From Candidatus Woesearchaeota archaeon (GTDB taxonomy: Archaea > Nanobdellota > Nanobdellia > CAZCWL01 > CAZQAZ01), in the NCBI GenBank assembly GCA_964591855.1, contig CAZQAZ010000004.1, positions 1 to 41,816 on the forward strand: a stretch of 41,816 nt of DNA. Reading direction: 5' to 3'. Under the pieces are notes generated by a model. The model was not told where the DNA came from. It was given only the letters and a program-made list of their open reading frames with translations, and searched no databases. The position numbers and the translations under genes are program-made. Below are positions 14,635 through 24,908 of this stretch, one piece after another; position 1 is the stretch's first letter, and each line of letters starts with the position of its first letter.

Positions 14635-15525
14635 TAAGATTTCTTCTGTTGACATCTCAGCTTGACCTATTGCTATAAGTTCTTCATTTATGCCCATTAT
14701 TGCTACTGTATCTCCTTTTTTTATTCCCGTGTGGAGTTTAACTATACCTGGTATTGCTAACTTTGCTCCTCTTCTTATGGTTTCAACTGCTTTATCAGAT
14801 GCCCAAACCTTCGGAAGGTGCTCAACTGCTTTCTCTATTGGAAAGATTATTTTCATAAGAGGCTCTTCGTTGCCTTCATCAAACTCTTGTTTTGCATCAA
14901 CAAGGTCTTGTAATGTGACTAAGTTATCATCTTCCGTGAAAGGTCCAACCCTTGTTCTTCTAAGTTCTTGCATATTAGCCCCCACACCCAACTTAACTCC
15001 AAAGTCATGGACCAACTTCCGTATGTAGGTTCCTGCCTCACAACTAACTCTAAAAAGAACATCTCTTCCTTCTATCTCAAGAACCTTTATTTCGTATATG
15101 TGTCTCTCCCTTACTCTCCTTTTAACAGCACTCTTCACTGGTGGAAGCTGCTTGATCTTCCCCTTAAAGAATTCAAAAGTCTGTAGTATACCTTCCTTTG
15201 GCACGTCCTTATGCAAGTGCATCAAACACACATACTCCTTACCTGCTGTTAGTAAGTATCTTAAAACCTTCGTAGCCTTGTTAAGTGCCACGGGTAGAAC
15301 TCCTGTTACTTTTGGATCCAGAGTACCAGAATGACCTGCCTTTTTGATACTGAGAATAGATTTTACATGACTCACTACTTCATGAGAAGTGGGTCCTGGT
15401 GGCTTATCAAGATTTATTATTCCATAGTTCAAAAGCTCTAACAAGCTTCTTTGTATTGGCTCTACATTTGTGTAATACTTTCTCTTCGTTACCACCTCTC
15501 TTTTTATAGAATCATAAGGTAGCAT
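14590..15525 (-). CDS. cbf5: H/ACA RNP pseudouridine synthase Cbf5 (TruB family with PUA domain)
   Basis: 311 aa with GHSGTLDPKVTGVLPV containing the catalytic Asp, and a C-terminal PUA domain. The L14e-cbf5 synteny is conserved. Confidence 0.95.
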   Translation of the reverse strand: MLPYDSIKREVVTKRKYYTNVEPIQRSLLELLNYGIINLDKPPGPTSHEVVSHVKSILSIKKAGHSGTLDPKVTGVLPVALNKATKVLRYLLTAGKEYVCLMHLHKDVPKEGILQTFEFFKGKIKQLPPVKSAVKRRVRERHIYEIKVLEIEGRDVLFRVSCEAGTYIRKLVHDFGVKLGVGANMQELRRTRVGPFTEDDNLVTLQDLVDAKQEFDEGNEEPLMKIIFPIEKAVEHLPKVWASDKAVETIRRGAKLAIPGIVKLHTGIKKGDTVAIMGINEELIAIGQAEMSTEEILSRERGIAFSLKRVI

Positions 15526-15528
15526 ACT

Positions 15529-15885
15529 TCACTTCTTACCTTTTGTACTTTTAGCCTTTGCGCTTTTAGCTTTCGTAGCCTTTTGCTTCTTTGGCTCTTT
15601 TTTAGGCTTAGCTTCCTTTTTCTCGGCTTCTTTCTTTTCCTTCTTCTTAGGAAGTTCCTGTATTATATTAGCCTCTAGCATCTTAGCTAAGATTTTATCT
15701 GTAGTATCATTCTTACTGATATCCAACTTGAATGGAAGAAGCTCTAAATGCTTTATGTTGCATCTTCCTCTCTTAACCTCCCCATCTACCAAAACGAAGT
15801 TCTCATCTATCTGTTCCACAACGACACAGTATTTTCCAGACTCACTTCCAGCAATTTTCACACAAACCCTTCCAGTCTCTATCAT
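15529..15885 (-). CDS. rpl14e: Ribosomal protein eL14 (L14e) with a Lys-rich C-terminal extension
   Basis: KOW-like GRVCVKIAGSESGKYCVVVEQID...KRGRCNIKHLE followed by a ~40-aa K/A/E tail. Confidence 0.85.
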   Translation of the reverse strand: MIETGRVCVKIAGSESGKYCVVVEQIDENFVLVDGEVKRGRCNIKHLELLPFKLDISKNDTTDKILAKMLEANIIQELPKKKEKKEAEKKEAKPKKEPKKQKATKAKSAKAKSTKGKK

Positions 15886-16433
15886 GCCTTATCACCCTTG
15901 AAAAGTGTTTTTAAGATTAGCCTTATCACCCTCTTCATCTGATCTTGGCTGAACCTAGTAGTATCAAAAACAAAGTCAAATGGTCTTAGATCATCTATGT
16001 CTATACCATACAACTTCTTCCATCTCTCCCTTGAGATCTTAAGCCTGTTCTCTGTCTCACTCTTAACTTCTCTTCTACTCAAGTTCTCTCTCAATGCTAT
16101 TCTTTTTATAGCAGTGTTAAGATCTACTTTCAAGAAGATCTTAAGATCTGCTTTCTTAATTAAGTGTCCTGCTAACCACGAGTCTATAACAACATCTCCT
16201 TTCCTTGCTTCCTTCCTTATCATAGCGTCTATTTTTCTATCTATCTCAGGATGATTCTTAACGAACTTATTCCACTTGATAAATTTATCACCTTTACTAT
16301 CGTATCCCATTTTAACTGCTAAGTCTCGAAATAGCCCACCAGCGCTCACGTACCTTAAATTAAGATATTTAGAGATGAATCTAGCAACAGTGGATTTTCC
16401 TGAACCTGGCATACCAGAAACTATTATTAACAT
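15882..16433 (-). CDS. cmk: Cytidylate kinase, archaeal type
   Basis: P-loop SGMPGSGKST followed by YVSAGGLFRD. The L34e-cmk-L14e order is conserved. The track start at 16442 is GTG, so the ATG at 16433 is used. Confidence 0.8.
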   Translation of the reverse strand: MLIIVSGMPGSGKSTVARFISKYLNLRYVSAGGLFRDLAVKMGYDSKGDKFIKWNKFVKNHPEIDRKIDAMIRKEARKGDVVIDSWLAGHLIKKADLKIFLKVDLNTAIKRIALRENLSRREVKSETENRLKISRERWKKLYGIDIDDLRPFDFVFDTTRFSQDQMKRVIRLILKTLFKGDKA

Positions 16434-16438
16434 AGACT

Positions 16439-16684
16439 TCACTCTTTTGGCTTTGTACTCACCTTAGCTCTTATCCTTCTTATCAATTCCCTTCTAGCAC
16501 AGGAAGCACATAAATTACCCCCAAACATTCTATTAACTACCTTGTTCCTTTTAACTCCATGTAGGACCTTTCCACATGAAGCACACTTTGGAGGCGATTC
16601 CTTTTTCTTCTTAAAAGTGAGCTTTACACCCTTAGCTGTTCTCTTGTAGACTCTTTTCATTCGTCTCTGGAAAGGTTTAGGCAT
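16439..16684 (-). CDS. rpl34e: Ribosomal protein eL34 (L34e)
   Basis: MPKPFQRRMKRVYKRTAKG...CASCGKVLHGV. GGGTGAT RBS lies 4 nt before the ATG at 16684. Confidence 0.9.
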   Translation of the reverse strand: MPKPFQRRMKRVYKRTAKGVKLTFKKKKESPPKCASCGKVLHGVKRNKVVNRMFGGNLCASCARRELIRRIRAKVSTKPKE

Positions 16685-17120
16685 TCTTATCACCCTTCTT
16701 CTTTTTTCTATAGTACTTAACTACGGCTTGTATTACAGTTGTAGCAATAAGTGAGATTAATATAAATGTTCCTATCCAACCAATATAAGATTTTCCAAAA
16801 AGGTTGAATGGGAGATTTATCATTGGAACACCTTCGTATCTCTTCTTTAGGAACGTGAACATAACTAGGTAAGGTACTATTGTTACGAGATTGGGTTTAA
16901 AGGTATGCTTAGTCATGTCCATATTAAGCTTTAGCTGTTCATTTAGTAGCTTCTTATACTCTTTAGAGCTTGGATCCAACTCCCTAAGTTTTTTTGTTAT
17001 GTCTCTTATCTTCTCCCTTGTTTCTTCTACGTAGTCCTGGTCTACCATTAAAAGGTAGACTGCCTGCGAAAGCCCTGTTACTCCAAGGGCTATCAAAGCT
17101 ATTTCAATTAATGGCGTCAC
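16677..17120 (-). CDS. DUF106-family membrane protein (archaeal YidC/EMC3-like insertase)
   Basis: 147 aa arranged as TM, coiled coil, then two TMs. It holds the conserved position after secY. The start is probably GTG, preceded by GGTGGT. Confidence 0.7.
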   Translation of the reverse strand: MTPLIEIALIALGVTGLSQAVYLLMVDQDYVEETREKIRDITKKLRELDPSSKEYKKLLNEQLKLNMDMTKHTFKPNLVTIVPYLVMFTFLKKRYEGVPMINLPFNLFGKSYIGWIGTFILISLIATTVIQAVVKYYRKKKKGDKNA

Positions 17121-18502
17121 CTTTTACCACCTATCCATTTCGCTATCAAACTCATTTCTTCAGGGTGCTGTCTTTGTAATTGTTCGTAGAAGGTATAAAC
17201 TATCATAACTGTTAATAGTATACCTGTTCCTCTTGACAAAGCACCAAGAAGGTCTGCAAACGCAGCCAAGAAACCAACGGCCGCACCACCAACTATTGCC
17301 ATCGGATATATGTAATGTCTTAGCTTCTGCTCGAGTATTCTTGGGTCTCTTCTAAAGCCAGGAAGAGATAGTCCAACCGCAAATATTTGTTCGGCCACTT
17401 TAGAAGGATCTTGCCCACCAACTTTCATCCACAACACAGAAAAGAACATAGCACCTATTATCATAAAGGAGCTATAAACAAGTATTGATAGAAGATTATC
17501 CCTAGTCAAACCTTGCACGAACAGAGTTCTTATGGTTGGAGGGTTAAGATATTTAACCAATCCTGAAACAGGTACTTGCCTTACTCCCTGTCCTGTCTGC
17601 TGGGTTTCATACGTTCCCAAGATAGGCAAGCCTGCGTTATAAAGCATTACACCCCACAGCTGCATGGATGCTATAAGTGCTGCAACAAGAATAACTGGAA
17701 TGTTTGATGTGTAAAGTAATTTTATTGGCCATCTTATACTAAATCCTCTTATCCTGCTAAACGTTAATGGAATATCTATTTTCACAGCCTGCAAGTAAAC
17801 TGCTAAAGCAAATACAACTATTGTAGCCACAATCGCTACAAGAGGCCATAGAGCTTCACCCGGAACTCCTTGAGCAATTAATGCTATAATTCTCCATATA
17901 GCCCCAACTCTTAACCCCGAAGCATCTTTAAATGGAGACAATGCTCTAACGAATATTGACTTTGAGACACCAGCTGCAATGAAAAGGGATATACCTGATC
18001 CTATTCCCCACTTAGATACTACTTCGTCTAGCAATAGTAGTAGAAAGCCGCCAACGATTAACTGCAAGATAAGAGCTGCTGTGTTTATGGGAAGACCTCC
18101 TGCAGCAGGTAAAGCTCCAGATAAGACATATCCTGCATTCTCCACGACTATGAAGAATATTGAGAAAAGCTTCTGCATTCCTTGATACATCTCCCTACCT
18201 TCATGTGTTGTGGTATCAATCTTTATTATCTCCGCTCCTATTAAAAGCTGAAGTATAATACTTCCAGTAACTATTGGTCCTATACCTAAGGATATCAACG
18301 AACCAAAGTTAGCAGCCAAAAGAATTTGAAGTGTTTCGAATCTTGAGACTGCATTTGGATCCAATCCCCACAAAGGTATCATTCCTAATACGAAGAATAC
18401 AAGTAAGACTGCTCCTGTCCAGATTAGTTTTGTTTTGAAGTTTAGCTTTTTCTTTGGAGGTTCTACTTCCGGCAAAGATTTCAACAGACCTTCAAGCTTC
18501 AA
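17117..18502 (-). CDS. secY: Preprotein translocase subunit SecY
   Basis: 461 aa, 10-TM SecY/Sec61alpha pattern, following L15. The start is probably TTG, preceded by GGTGA. Confidence 0.95.
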   Translation of the reverse strand: MKLEGLLKSLPEVEPPKKKLNFKTKLIWTGAVLLVFFVLGMIPLWGLDPNAVSRFETLQILLAANFGSLISLGIGPIVTGSIILQLLIGAEIIKIDTTTHEGREMYQGMQKLFSIFFIVVENAGYVLSGALPAAGGLPINTAALILQLIVGGFLLLLLDEVVSKWGIGSGISLFIAAGVSKSIFVRALSPFKDASGLRVGAIWRIIALIAQGVPGEALWPLVAIVATIVVFALAVYLQAVKIDIPLTFSRIRGFSIRWPIKLLYTSNIPVILVAALIASMQLWGVMLYNAGLPILGTYETQQTGQGVRQVPVSGLVKYLNPPTIRTLFVQGLTRDNLLSILVYSSFMIIGAMFFSVLWMKVGGQDPSKVAEQIFAVGLSLPGFRRDPRILEQKLRHYIYPMAIVGGAAVGFLAAFADLLGALSRGTGILLTVMIVYTFYEQLQRQHPEEMSLIAKWIGGKR

Positions 18503-18902
18503 TTAATTCACCGCCGGCGTTCTTTATTTTCTCTTTAGCTTTCTCAGAATAAGATTTAACTTTGATTTTTATACCCTTCAAACTTGGTGCTATCCCTTTT
18601 CCTAAGAGTTTATCGTATCCAAGTTTAGCTAAATCAAGAACACCATTTTCAACTTTACTCAAAAGCCTGCCTAGCTCTCTAACATTAATTGTATTTATCT
18701 CTCTCCTAAGAGGATAAGTAAAACCTTTTTCCTTCTCCTCTTTTATGAACATAAGTTTCTTGTGAGCAGCTCTCTTACCATGTCCTGCTCTTCCCTTACC
18801 ACCCTTCGTACCTTTACCTCTATTCTGCTTTCCACCTTCGCCACTAAAGTGGGTCTTATGACCATGTGCTCTTGTGTTCTTCTTTCTCCTTCTCACTACC
18901 AT
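18492..18902 (-). CDS. rpl15: Ribosomal protein uL15
   Basis: Gly/Lys-rich N-terminus (GGKQNRGKGTKGGKGRAGHGKR) and operon position. Confidence 0.9.
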   Translation of the reverse strand: MVVRRRKKNTRAHGHKTHFSGEGGKQNRGKGTKGGKGRAGHGKRAAHKKLMFIKEEKEKGFTYPLRREINTINVRELGRLLSKVENGVLDLAKLGYDKLLGKGIAPSLKGIKIKVKSYSEKAKEKIKNAGGELIEA

Positions 18903-19367
18903 TTAGATCATCCTCTTTATTAGGTCATTGATCTTCTCTCCCCTATAACCTAAAGCTCCACCTTTATTAAAAGACTTCTTGATTCCAAGCCTCTCGAATC
19001 CTTTCTTTGGAGGAGCAAGCCTAAAGAAAGGTTTTATTCCAAGATCCTTCAAGCTTTTCTTACCATTAAGAACCTCGTCCAAAAACTTGTCCAGGTCTCC
19101 AACTTTCTTTTTAATATAGTCCTCTGTTATTTTCTTTCCTTTAGCGATCTCTCCTCTTTTAAGTATTAATTCTTTAAGTGTGTCTTTGTCTATCTCCCCC
19201 CAAGTTATCAAGTGTTTAACTTTCTTAAGCATACCTTCAACTACTGGGTTCTTATCGAATATAGAACAGTTGTGCTTCTTGAAGAGATTAAGCATCCTAA
19301 GTGTATCTCTCTCTTCCTTATTCGTATTAATACTCCCTCTTATTTGTATTATACCTATCTTTACCAT
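18903..19367 (-). CDS. rpl30: Ribosomal protein uL30
   Basis: IIQIRGSINTNKEERDTLRMLNL motif and operon position. The ATG at 19367 is used because the track start is TTG. Confidence 0.9.
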   Translation of the reverse strand: MVKIGIIQIRGSINTNKEERDTLRMLNLFKKHNCSIFDKNPVVEGMLKKVKHLITWGEIDKDTLKELILKRGEIAKGKKITEDYIKKKVGDLDKFLDEVLNGKKSLKDLGIKPFFRLAPPKKGFERLGIKKSFNKGGALGYRGEKINDLIKRMI

Positions 19368-19368
19368 T

Positions 19369-20046
19369 TTAATCAACTATCCCTGCTTTTTTGTAAAAGT
19401 CCTCTCTTATTCTATACTCACTCAAGTTCTTGAGAGCATTAAAGCAAGCCTTAATTAAGTTAAGCCTTGTAGTAGTCTGACCTGAAGTTCTAGACCAAAT
19501 GTCCTTTATACCAGCCAACCTAACAAGTCTTTTACATTCATCGTTAATAACCAAACCTGAACCCTTTGGAGCAGGTTTAAGAGTTATTCTAACACTTGAC
19601 TCTCTTCCGTGAACCTCAAAGGGAATAGAATGCGGTGTTCCACACCAACACTCCCATGATCCACATCCTAACTTAACTTTTATTAAATTCTTTTTAGCTT
19701 CTCTAACAGCTTTCTCTTTAGCAGGGACAGACTCATTTGAACTTCCAACCCCAAGTCCAACGTAACCTCTACCATTACCAACTATTGCAACGGCTGCGAA
19801 CTTAACCCTTGGTCCTTCTGCTGTCATCTTTTGTGTACGTCTTAGAACTATTCTCTTACCACCACCAGCTTTACCCTTAGCCTGTCCAACTAAAGCAAAT
19901 TCTACCTGCAAATCTGGAAGAAGATGATCGACTATCTCAGGCTCTGTTATTCTCTTACCACTCTTTAGAATCTCATCTATGTCTGTTATCTCTCCAGACT
20001 TTACTTTCCTTCCCAATTCTGTTTTTGGTATCCACTCTTCCGTCAT
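19369..20046 (-). CDS. rps5: Ribosomal protein uS5
   Basis: dsRBD plus the S5 C-terminal domain (VAIVGNGRGYVGLGVG...) and operon position. Confidence 0.93.
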   Translation of the reverse strand: MTEEWIPKTELGRKVKSGEITDIDEILKSGKRITEPEIVDHLLPDLQVEFALVGQAKGKAGGGKRIVLRRTQKMTAEGPRVKFAAVAIVGNGRGYVGLGVGSSNESVPAKEKAVREAKKNLIKVKLGCGSWECWCGTPHSIPFEVHGRESSVRITLKPAPKGSGLVINDECKRLVRLAGIKDIWSRTSGQTTTRLNLIKACFNALKNLSEYRIREDFYKKAGIVD

Positions 20047-20555
20047 TTGAACTCCCCTTCAATTTTGTTTTTCATAGCCTCAAACATTTTTGGGTAATCT
20101 TCAGATATGTGCTTACCCATTATTCTATCTTCGCTTGGAAGTATTTCTTCATTATAATTTATTTCTATGCCTGCGTCTGCCACACCTTTCATGCAGGCAA
20201 ACAACGAACTTCCCTTAACTACTTTATGTAGTCCTATATCAACTATTAGCTTTTTAACCTTTTTGTTGGCTTTCTTTCCTAAAGCATACCCTACTAAGTA
20301 TGCAGTAGGTATGTTTCCACCATGTCCCTTCCATCCCATCTTCTTTAGATTTTGAGATGTGAAGGAGAATAGTATTCTATCTCCTTGTGGTTCATACTTA
20401 ACTATTTGAGCAACTATATTATTGTGCCCTCTTCTTATGACTAACCTTAACTCTCCAGATTTAAGAAGCTCTAATCTCTTCCTATAATTTGTTCTCTGCT
20501 TCCTGTGCCTTCTATACTTCACTGTATACCTTAACGATTTTGCCACTTTACTCAC
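20043..20555 (-). CDS. rpl18: Ribosomal protein uL18
   Basis: RRHRKQRTNYRKRLELLKSGELRLVIRRGHNNIVAQI pattern and operon position. GTG start. Confidence 0.9.
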   Translation of the reverse strand: MSKVAKSLRYTVKYRRHRKQRTNYRKRLELLKSGELRLVIRRGHNNIVAQIVKYEPQGDRILFSFTSQNLKKMGWKGHGGNIPTAYLVGYALGKKANKKVKKLIVDIGLHKVVKGSSLFACMKGVADAGIEINYNEEILPSEDRIMGKHISEDYPKMFEAMKNKIEGEFK

Positions 20556-20997
20556 CCTTTCCCTTCAATTTTGTTAGATATATCTTTAAGTGTGATTTGT
20601 TTCTAAAGAATCCACCACTTACTTTCCTGTAAAGTTCTCTATATATTTTAGTATCAACCACACCTCTTTCTTTCAATGATCGTAAGAATTTTCTTAAGGC
20701 TCTGACTTTATTTATCCAAGCTCTCTTTCTAGGTGTTCTTGCAGTCTTCTTACCTTTTCTTGAACCTGGGCCTCTTCTCTTTCCTTTCCTCTTCTTCTGG
20801 TGAAGGACTCTTGCCCTTGCTCTTGAAACTCCTTTCTTAGGCAATACCTTTATAGCACCACGATTAACTAAAGTTCTTATATCCTGCCTTGTTATGGCTT
20901 CCTTTATCTCATCCATTCTCTCAGGATCAAACCATATTCTATCTTTACCAACCTTCAATACTTCCCTTGCCAATCTCCTTTGTAAACTTAAGTCCAT
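20548..20997 (-). CDS. rpl19e: Ribosomal protein eL19
   Basis: MDLSLQRRLAREVLKVGKDRIWFDP signature. The ATG at 20997 is used because the track start is GTG. Confidence 0.92.
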   Translation of the reverse strand: MDLSLQRRLAREVLKVGKDRIWFDPERMDEIKEAITRQDIRTLVNRGAIKVLPKKGVSRARARVLHQKKRKGKRRGPGSRKGKKTARTPRKRAWINKVRALRKFLRSLKERGVVDTKIYRELYRKVSGGFFRNKSHLKIYLTKLKGKGE

Positions 20998-20998
20998 C

Positions 20999-21370
20999 TT
21001 ACACACCTGGATTCAATACTTTTATCTTAAGCTTCTTTGCTTCTTCAATTATTGCCATCTTCTTTTTCCTTCCAATCTTTCTTATTCTTATAGCTTGTGT
21101 TTTTGGATCCACTTTCTTTAGATCATCAACATTTGAAACTAAGATCTCTTCATATCCACTTGGGTGAATTCCTCTTACAATCTTTGGTGCCTTGTACCCT
21201 TCTTTAACATTCCTTATCTTAACAAGATCCCTTACTCTTGCCTTGTTGTGGTGGAAGGCTTTCTGCTTCCTCCACTTCTTCTCCAACTTCTTCCTAAGAT
21301 AATCATTTCTAATGAACTTCAACTTCCTTATGAACTTCTTCCTTAAATCTCTCTTTTCTTTCACATCCAT
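20999..21370 (-). CDS. rpl32e: Ribosomal protein eL32
   Basis: WRKQKAFHHNKARV...GYKAPKIVRGIHPSGYEEILV signature and operon position. Confidence 0.9.
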   Translation of the reverse strand: MDVKEKRDLRKKFIRKLKFIRNDYLRKKLEKKWRKQKAFHHNKARVRDLVKIRNVKEGYKAPKIVRGIHPSGYEEILVSNVDDLKKVDPKTQAIRIRKIGRKKKMAIIEEAKKLKIKVLNPGV

Positions 21371-21371
21371 A

Positions 21372-21914
21372 TTACATCCTTCCTCTTGGCTTTTTGACTA
21401 TGAATATTCCATCCTGGAACTTCCTTCTATCTATGCCTGTAACCTTTGTGGCTCTCTCAATGTTAGCGGCTGTCTGTCCAACCTTCTCTATGTCTATTCC
21501 CTCGACAATAATGTCCTTTCCTTTAACAGTGACACTCACTCCTTCTAAGATCTTAGCTATTCTAGGCTGACTCTCACCCATGAAGTTTGTTATCTTAACT
21601 TCATTGCCTTCTACTTTAACTGTTATTGGAAAGTGTGAGTAAACCACTCTTAACTCCGCTGTGAATCCTTCTTGAACACCTTGGAACATGTTTCTAACAT
21701 GAGCCTTGAATGTGTTAACCATTCTCTTTAACTTTCTATTTTGCTTGTTTCCACTTATAATGACCTTTCCATCCTTAACCTCTATGCTCACACCAGGGTA
21801 GAATAACTTCCTTGAGACTTCTCCCTTAGGCCCCTTAACACTAAGAATCTTATCACTATATTTAACCTCTACTCCCTGTGGTATCTCTAACTCAGCAACT
21901 AGATCAGTAGACAT
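21372..21914 (-). CDS. rpl6: Ribosomal protein uL6
   Basis: Two-repeat L6 fold ([22 protein letters not shown]...). The ATG at 21914 is used because the track start at 21935 is TTG. Confidence 0.92.
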   Translation of the reverse strand: MSTDLVAELEIPQGVEVKYSDKILSVKGPKGEVSRKLFYPGVSIEVKDGKVIISGNKQNRKLKRMVNTFKAHVRNMFQGVQEGFTAELRVVYSHFPITVKVEGNEVKITNFMGESQPRIAKILEGVSVTVKGKDIIVEGIDIEKVGQTAANIERATKVTGIDRRKFQDGIFIVKKPRGRM

Positions 21915-22296
21915 AAGCCAACAACCTTCCTCCAAGATTTTTATTCTTAGCTTGGATGTGAGTCATAATCCCTTTCGGCGTTGTTACTATGATAACTCCA
22001 AAGTCCTTAGCTGGTAAAAATCTTTTTTCATACTTCTCAATTTCATCTTTCTTGTAGTTAAATCTTGGCTTTATGGCGCCACATCTATTGATTTTACCTA
22101 TAAGCGTGAGCTTGATCTTGCCACCCTTTCCATCGTCTATGAACTCGTAGTCTCCTATGTAACCTTCCTCTTTCATAACTCTTAATATTTCTTTTAGCAC
22201 TTTTGATACAGGTTTAAGATAGCACTCGCTCTTGTTAGCCCTCTCTGAATTGTATATATGCGATAAAGCATCTGCTATTGGATCTTGCATACTCAT
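21904..22296 (-). CDS. rps8: Ribosomal protein uS8
   Basis: [19 protein letters not shown]-terminus and operon position. Confidence 0.93.
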   Translation of the reverse strand: MSMQDPIADALSHIYNSERANKSECYLKPVSKVLKEILRVMKEEGYIGDYEFIDDGKGGKIKLTLIGKINRCGAIKPRFNYKKDEIEKYEKRFLPAKDFGVIIVTTPKGIMTHIQAKNKNLGGRLLAYVY

Positions 22297-22299
22297 TTT

Positions 22300-22539
22300 T
22301 TACACCTCATGACCATACTTCTTAAATCCCAAGTCCTTAGCAACTTCTCTAAAGCATTGTCTACAAATATGGAGGCCATATTTGCTTATGTGGGCTCCGG
22401 TCCTTCCACATATTCTACACTTTTTTAAATTTAACCCAGTAGTCCTCTCTTTAGGTTTGTTATGCTTAAGGTATCTATTCCTTTTAGCAGGTTTGTGCAT
22501 TATTTGCTTCAATACTTTTTCATATGATTTCGTAGTCAT
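22300..22539 (-). CDS. rps14: Ribosomal protein uS14 (zinc type)
   Basis: [35 protein letters not shown] with CxxC...CxxC. The N-terminus is longer than usual, and an internal Met at codon 14 is an alternative start. Confidence 0.88.
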   Translation of the reverse strand: MTTKSYEKVLKQIMHKPAKRNRYLKHNKPKERTTGLNLKKCRICGRTGAHISKYGLHICRQCFREVAKDLGFKKYGHEV

Positions 22540-23051
22540 TCTACCACCACATTAAATTTCTCTTTGGCAAATTTTATTGTATCTTCTTTTGTAATCATGT
22601 GTTTCTTACCAACTTTCGACCTTCTATACGTTCTTCTCTTAACCCTAAATCCAGGTCTTTCAAGAGTAACACAAACATCCATACCAAATATACCCAACTT
22701 TGGATCATACTTAACCCCTGGAATGTATATGTACTCCTTAATTCCAAATGAAAAGTAACCATCAGCAAAGCTTGATTCCTTAATCTTCCTTTCAACTGCG
22801 TCCAAGAGCTTGTTTAATAATTCTTCTGCTTTTTTACCTCTAAGATCAACCTTAACTCCTATCTCAAGACCTGGTCTGATGTGAAATTCTGGAAGTCTCT
22901 TCTTCGCCTTAGTCTTAACAGGCTTCATACCAGTAATTCTTTCTAGGAGAGTGTAAGCTTTCTCTAACTTCTCTCCAGGTTCACCTACACCTATGTTTAT
23001 CGTTACTTTCTCCAACCTTATCTCTCTCATTTTATTTTCTTTCTCACTCAT
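22536..23051 (-). CDS. rpl5: Ribosomal protein uL5
   Basis: [17 protein letters not shown] signature and operon position. Confidence 0.93.
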   Translation of the reverse strand: MSEKENKMREIRLEKVTINIGVGEPGEKLEKAYTLLERITGMKPVKTKAKKRLPEFHIRPGLEIGVKVDLRGKKAEELLNKLLDAVERKIKESSFADGYFSFGIKEYIYIPGVKYDPKLGIFGMDVCVTLERPGFRVKRRTYRRSKVGKKHMITKEDTIKFAKEKFNVVVE

Positions 23052-23754
23052 ATGTTATCACTATTTCAGGTTTTTTATCACCAACAACTAAAACATAATT
23101 CTCTGGAGTTTCTATTACGGAGTCTTTTTCTTTCAATACAAGCTTTCCATCTTCCTTTATGTCTTGAAGTGTAGCAAGCTTACCAGCGTGCTTACCTTCC
23201 ACTATTAGCACTACGGAACCTTTCTTGTGTGTAAGGACTTTCTTTATTTTGTTTGAAGGTGATTCTAACAACAATGAATCCTTGGTCTTGTAATCGCCTT
23301 TGTCTACAAGGATGTTTGTACCATCTGAAAGGTTAAGCTGAATCTTTCCTCCTTTAACTGGAGTTTTGTTCTCAATCTTAACTATTCTCAAATTAACTTC
23401 TTTCTTATCTATCTCAACAGGCTTAAATCTTCCCTTGTTATCAAGTACAATTCTGTAAGCCTTATCAAGTTTTGGAATCCATATTCCATCAGACAATCCA
23501 CAAGGATATCTCAATTCCTTAACAACTCTTCCATTTATGATTATGTTTCCTTCGTTGACAATTCTTTTGATTTCCTTTCTTGTCTCTCCTAACTTTAACA
23601 TATCTCTAAGGACCATTAAAAGAGGGATTGCTTCTCTCTTGGAATGGGGTCCAGGCCTAATGTTGACTACATAATGCTTCTCCTTTCTAGGAAAATGCCA
23701 TGTTCTAGGTGCGTTCAATGAGTGCACTGTTCTATCTCCACCTTTCTTAGCCAT
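23044..23754 (-). CDS. rps4e: Ribosomal protein eS4
   Basis: 236 aa with the S4e N-terminal, S4 RNA-binding and KOW domains, and operon position. Confidence 0.93.
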   Translation of the reverse strand: MAKKGGDRTVHSLNAPRTWHFPRKEKHYVVNIRPGPHSKREAIPLLMVLRDMLKLGETRKEIKRIVNEGNIIINGRVVKELRYPCGLSDGIWIPKLDKAYRIVLDNKGRFKPVEIDKKEVNLRIVKIENKTPVKGGKIQLNLSDGTNILVDKGDYKTKDSLLLESPSNKIKKVLTHKKGSVVLIVEGKHAGKLATLQDIKEDGKLVLKEKDSVIETPENYVLVVGDKKPEIVITYE

Positions 23755-24135
23755 TTACTCACCCTTTTTCTCTTTCTTTTTCAACCTCATCTTATCTTCT
23801 TTTAATTTTATGATCATCAAGTTTGAGCTTGCAAGACCAATCTTATAAGCTGACCCATCTTTCTTTTCCTTTTGTACACCTTTGATGTAAACTTTATATC
23901 TTTGTCTATCAACTTTCTCCACTTCTCCTTCCTTGCCTTTAAACTCTCCCCTCATGATTCTTACAACATCTCCTACTCTAACAGGTAGTGATCTCCTTCC
24001 CAACTTCTCTCTCAACTCCTTGGACAAGTGGGAAGACATGAGCTTCCTTCTTATGTGTAATGGAGCATTGTAAATATACTTCCTCTTCTTTCCAGGCTTC
24101 TTTGAACTTATCCAATGTCTTGACCACAACTTCAT
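23755..24135 (-). CDS. rpl24: Ribosomal protein uL24
   Basis: KOW motif VRVGDVVRIMRGEFKGKEGEV and operon position. Confidence 0.92.
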   Translation of the reverse strand: MKLWSRHWISSKKPGKKRKYIYNAPLHIRRKLMSSHLSKELREKLGRRSLPVRVGDVVRIMRGEFKGKEGEVEKVDRQRYKVYIKGVQKEKKDGSAYKIGLASSNLMIIKLKEDKMRLKKKEKKGE

Positions 24136-24566
24136 ACTATCACACTCGCTATCTTACCTATGTTTGGAAATCTTTTAGCAACTTCTTTTGGAACAGGTCC
24201 TTTTATTATCGTTCCTTTTGGCTCATATTTCTCCAAATCCTTCAACACAACGCAAGCATTATCCTCGAACTGAACTCTTGTTCCATCAGGTCTCCTAAAC
24301 TCTTTTCTCTGCCTTATTATAACACAAGGTACTACCTTGTGTTTCATGTCAGGAGTTCCTTGTTTAACAGCACCTATTATTATGTCACCAATACCTGCCT
24401 TTGGCATTCTGCCTGCCACACCACCATATTTCTTTACACCTATAACTTCGACTACCTTTGCTCCTGAATTATCAGCTACCTTAAGCTTAGCCCCCTTATT
24501 TATACCCTTTGTAACTTTCAATCCAAGGGGCCTTAATCCAACTCCTACCTTTCTTGATGCTGCCAT
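24132..24566 (-). CDS. rpl14: Ribosomal protein uL14
   Basis: VADNSGAKVVEVIGV...FEDNACVV signature. Confidence 0.94.
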   Translation of the reverse strand: MAASRKVGVGLRPLGLKVTKGINKGAKLKVADNSGAKVVEVIGVKKYGGVAGRMPKAGIGDIIIGAVKQGTPDMKHKVVPCVIIRQRKEFRRPDGTRVQFEDNACVVLKDLEKYEPKGTIIKGPVPKEVAKRFPNIGKIASVIV

Positions 24567-24908
24567 TTACTCACCTTTGTTTTCTCCTCTACTTATTATT
24601 TGAACAACAACAAAGTTCTTGGTCTTAGATAATGGTCTACATTCCATTATCTTTACCCTATCTCCAAGCCTTGCATTAATACATGGGGGATTGTGAGCGC
24701 TAACTTTTGACTTGGTCTTTAAGTATCTTTCGTACTTCTTTATGTACCTTAATCTTTCCCATTGAACTTTAACAGTCTTAGCCATCTTATCACTAACTAC
24801 GACACCTTCGAATACCCTTCCCCTCACTTTGAGATTGCCGTGGAAAGGGCAATTCTTATCACTACACTTTTCTTTTGGGGCTTCTACTCCCTTCACAATT
24901 TCTCCCAT
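24567..24908 (-). CDS. rps17: Ribosomal protein uS17
   Basis: [29 protein letters not shown] signature and operon position. Confidence 0.92.
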   Translation of the reverse strand: MGEIVKGVEAPKEKCSDKNCPFHGNLKVRGRVFEGVVVSDKMAKTVKVQWERLRYIKKYERYLKTKSKVSAHNPPCINARLGDRVKIMECRPLSKTKNFVVVQIISRGENKGE

